This document shows, in pieces, positions 60,468 to 64,000 of a stretch of 64,000 nucleotides of DNA. The translations under genes were made by a program, and so were the position numbers. The notes under the pieces are model-generated. The model was not told where the DNA came from and searched no databases. It saw nothing but the letters and a program-made list of their open reading frames with translations. Origin of the DNA: Podarcis bocagei (lineage: Eukaryota). The stretch lies in NCBI GenBank assembly GCA_964188305.1, contig OZ076885.1. The stretch is one strand, 5' to 3'. Position 1 is the first letter of the stretch. Every line of letters begins with the position of its first letter.

Positions 60468-61199
60468 TAAGATGGAAAGGCAGAAACTCATGTATCATAA
60501 AAGTTATTTGGCAAGTCCTTCTTGCATTCTCTCTCTCCCCACCCCCACAAATCAATGTTCACTCACAACCAAGGAAGTTAGAAATTTGCCTTCTAAAGAA
60601 AACAAATTTATATTTACACTCCCAGCCACTTACTCATCCATACCTAAGAATGTAATGCTTGATAGTATCCTGCCCCCTTGACACAAAGGGTGAGTGCAGA
60701 AGACACTAACACATAGCAAAAAAGGACAGGAGAGTCACATCCATCATGGAGGAAAGGAACCAGTAGCTAATATCAAGACAGCCCAAAATATGGTGAGATT
60801 AGCTAGATGTGACAGAGAAGAGCCGGTCCAGAGTGAGATTCTCAATTTTGTATGATCAACTGTTAAGAGTGGGGGATTTGTTGAGAAGGGCACCTACAAC
60901 ATGTGTGACTTATTTTAATACTTTGCAATAAGCTAGTGCTGGTCCCTCCAAAATAGTCCACTGATGTGTTTATTTTTAAAATAACACACTACTCAAGTTA
61001 TAAAATGGATTGAAACTGTAACCTGAGGAAGAACTCAGAAGCCTCCCACTTCCCACTAGTGGTTCTGCTTAGCGCCATCAATGTATGCACTGATATATAG
61101 AGTGACGTCTCGGGGTGTTTTAATGTCCCAAAGGCTTTACAAATTTTTGACAGAGGAGGAGACAATGGGAAAAGGAGAGGCAGACATGACAAGGGGCGG

Positions 61200-61900
61200 A
61201 ATTTTATTATTTATTCATTTAAATATTTATATCCCGCCGTTCCATGCCTTTCAAAGATACAACACCAACACAATGTAAAATACAGTCTTAGAAACGACAA
61301 CAACAACATTGATAAAACACACCAGCAGACATTATCTGAAGGCACTTGACTAAAAATGGTCAGCTGGCCTAAAACAGTTTGATGTGCATGCTCATTAAGG
61401 GGGTTGTTCCAGAGTACTGGTGCCACTACACCAACTGCAGCTCCGTTGATGGGAGGACAGTGAAAGTGGCCTTAAAAACTGAGCCAAGATCTCATGCAGG
61501 TTCAGAGGAGATGATGATCCACAAGGTACATTGGTTTGGTCCCACGTCAGTTTTGAAGGTCAAGGCCAGCGCTTGGAATTGAGCTTGAAAGCAAATTTGT
61601 AGCAATGAAGCTTGTACAAAACAAGTGCAAAATGGTAGACCCTACGGGCCCCAGCATTCTGAATCGCTTGACATTCCTGGATTGCAGCTCCACATAAGGC
61701 ACATTAGAGTAATCCAACCTGGAAATAACCGTGCTAGATTTGATTTCTCCTGGAAAGAGCACAGCTGGCAAATCAGATGGAGTTGGTCAAAGGCAATCCA
61801 GGGCACTGTTGTCACTTCCACATGAAAGAGCACAGACAGATCTAGCAGCACACCCAAGCTGTGAACCTGCTGCTTCTGGGGAGGGTAACCCTATCCAAAC
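61200..61900 (-). mobile_element. Decayed L2-type LINE fragment; boundaries approximate
   Basis: TVISRLDYSN and FDQLHLICQL remnants; TTTATT-rich tail at about 61201. Confidence 0.6.
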
Positions 61901-64000
61901 AAGTTGATCTCCTCACCCAGGATCATCAGCACCACCTGTCCAAACCCTGAGGTCATCTACAGAGGCCCTTCTCAGTGTGCCTTCTCCATTGGAAGTGCCT
62001 CCATCTTGAAGGATGTGCTGTCTCTAAGGAAGCTTTCTTTGTCATCCTTTTGCCACCAGGCTAAGACTTTTTTTTATTCTCCTAGGCCTTTTTAAAGATT
62101 TCATTAGTTTAGTCCCTGTGCTACAGTTGATAGTGCTAACTGCAGTATTTGCTCACTGTTTTCAGCTCATGTGGTCTGTATTTTCTTTTATTGGATTGGC
62201 CTTTCAGTATTTCTGTTTCTTGCCGGGTTAGTTTTTTTAAGATTCACTGAATTATTATTTTTTACTGAATCATTCTTATATTTTTAACTGACTGTATACA
62301 ATGCCTAGAGAACTTGTTTTATGAAGGGGGTCTAACAAATATGATTAACAATGAATACATACAGACATATACATATGCCTGTCTTGTCTGGAGTTTCAGT
62401 TTGTTCACCCTCATCGACTTCAAGACTCCCAGACACAGAGTATGTATGCAAAAATTCTTTCTCCTTTGGGGCTATTGGCTACGACAACTTATGTCAGCGG
62501 ACCACATTGCTGTCTAGGTTATCTTCCAGTGGTCCCATGCCAGAAGTGGGTGAGGGCAAAGGAAAAAGCTGACAAAGCAAAATATGAAACTATTACCTTT
62601 GTACAGTAGGCTGGTTTCTTCATGCAGCCCTCTCTATCCAAGCAAGCACCCACTGCAGGAGGGTGCATAGAAGGGTTGATGAAGCAATTGATCTCAGAAG
62701 GGTGTGTGGCCTGGGGAGAATCTCAGGGCCAGAGGCAGAGGCCTGGAGGGACCCAAATGGCCCCTGGGCCTGAAGTTCCCCACCCTTGACCTGAACCAAA
62801 GGCTTCCGACATGAGGATCCCAAACTGAAACCTATTATTTAAAATGAACAATGATACTTATATGCCCTTCTAAAAGATCTGGGGTGGAGGAAGCAGCCGC
62901 CGGGTGCGTAGAACAAGTGGTCACAAGGATATTGTCCAATTAGAATATGGGGCAAATAGGTACTGAAAGTCACATATCCATTCATCCCATTTCCTTTCTT
63001 ACAGTGTGTTTTGCTCTACAAAAGACCAGAGAGCTAATGCTGGGATTGACCACAGGCTGATTCAGTGACAAACTCTAGAACATGCAGGGATCTGAAAACC
63101 AAAAGTCACACAACCTGAACAGGCAAGGTTCTAAGAACAGCATCTAGATAAACAAGATAGTTGGTTTTACCCTCAAGTTCAGCTTAGTTTGATGATTTTC
63201 AAACTTCATTCCAAGGAACTCTCATTTTTCCTCGCAAATGTTCAGGGTTGCTCAGTGACAAGGTCAGCAAAGGCAGTCAAGCTTCTCTGAATGACAGCTG
63301 GCCCATCAAGAGTGCTGGGTGTGAACTCAGGCACACTCTTAGCTCATACAGTGCTGCAATCTGTGCCTATCTATTTATTACCCCTCTCTCTTTTCAAGGC
63401 ACTTAGGTGCCATACAATGTTCCTTCTGGTTTATCTTCACCACAACCCTGTGAGGTAGGGTTAGGCTTAGATATGGAGACTAGGCCATGCTCATGGATGA
63501 GTGGGAATTTGAACCTAGGTCTTGGCGTTCTAATCACTATACTACACTGACTCTCTTGGTAAGTGAAGACCTTAGGCCATTGGTCTTCAACTGGAGGGTT
63601 GGGAATAACCATCAGGTTGTGGCCTGATCTAAGGTGGGTCTCAACAGCACCATACAAATATTGAGTAAAAATTAAGAAATGGGTCTGCAAATGCATTCCA
63701 TTGGGTTAAAGGTGAGTCCTGGGTCTGGAAGCATTGAAGACTATTGCCCAGGAGCATTCTCCAGAATATTCTACAACACGAAGGAGTTCCAGTCAGACAC
63801 ATTAGTGCGACAAGAGATCCCCAACAACAGGAAACTTGAAATCCTCTTATTTAGTATTAGCCAATGAACAAACCTAAGAAAAATGGACCCATAACACTCA
63901 TGCAAGGCCCAGCTATGCCCAGGTGAGGGCTACAACTGCTACTCACCCTATTTAAGGCTAACACCATACACACACACACATTTTTCACCCCCTAGTCACT

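Noticed and set aside
62376-62560. Possible extra ZC3H14 exon on the - strand
   Set aside because: Stops occur in all frames over the full length, there is no strong donor, and there is no match to recalled ZC3H14. The upstream exons probably lie beyond the window.

Overview
Vertebrate genomic DNA, most likely a squamate (lizard), judged from the repeat landscape. It holds two convergent genes, as in the human ZC3H14/EML5 locus. On the + strand is the 3' part of EML5: 23 coding exons from 301 to the stop at 35355, all GT-AG and phase-consistent, including microexons of 15, 9 and 21 nt. On the - strand is the 3' part of ZC3H14: 11 coding exons from 58713 to the stop at 46587, including the tandem CCCH zinc fingers. 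Introns carry many TA-flanked Tc1/mariner MITEs, decayed L2/CR1 and Rex1-like LINE fragments, and a complete TSD-bounded, ORF2-less L1 derivative. The most striking signal is a pair of independently inserted non-autonomous hAT elements (3032-3527 and 44883-45613, each with perfect 8-bp TSDs). Their CpG-rich interior looks like a captured promoter/5'UTR/first-exon fragment of a host gene, with a peptide resembling the RANBP9 N-terminus: a candidate multi-copy Pack-hAT. Gene identities rest on recalled orthologue sequences; no searches were run.
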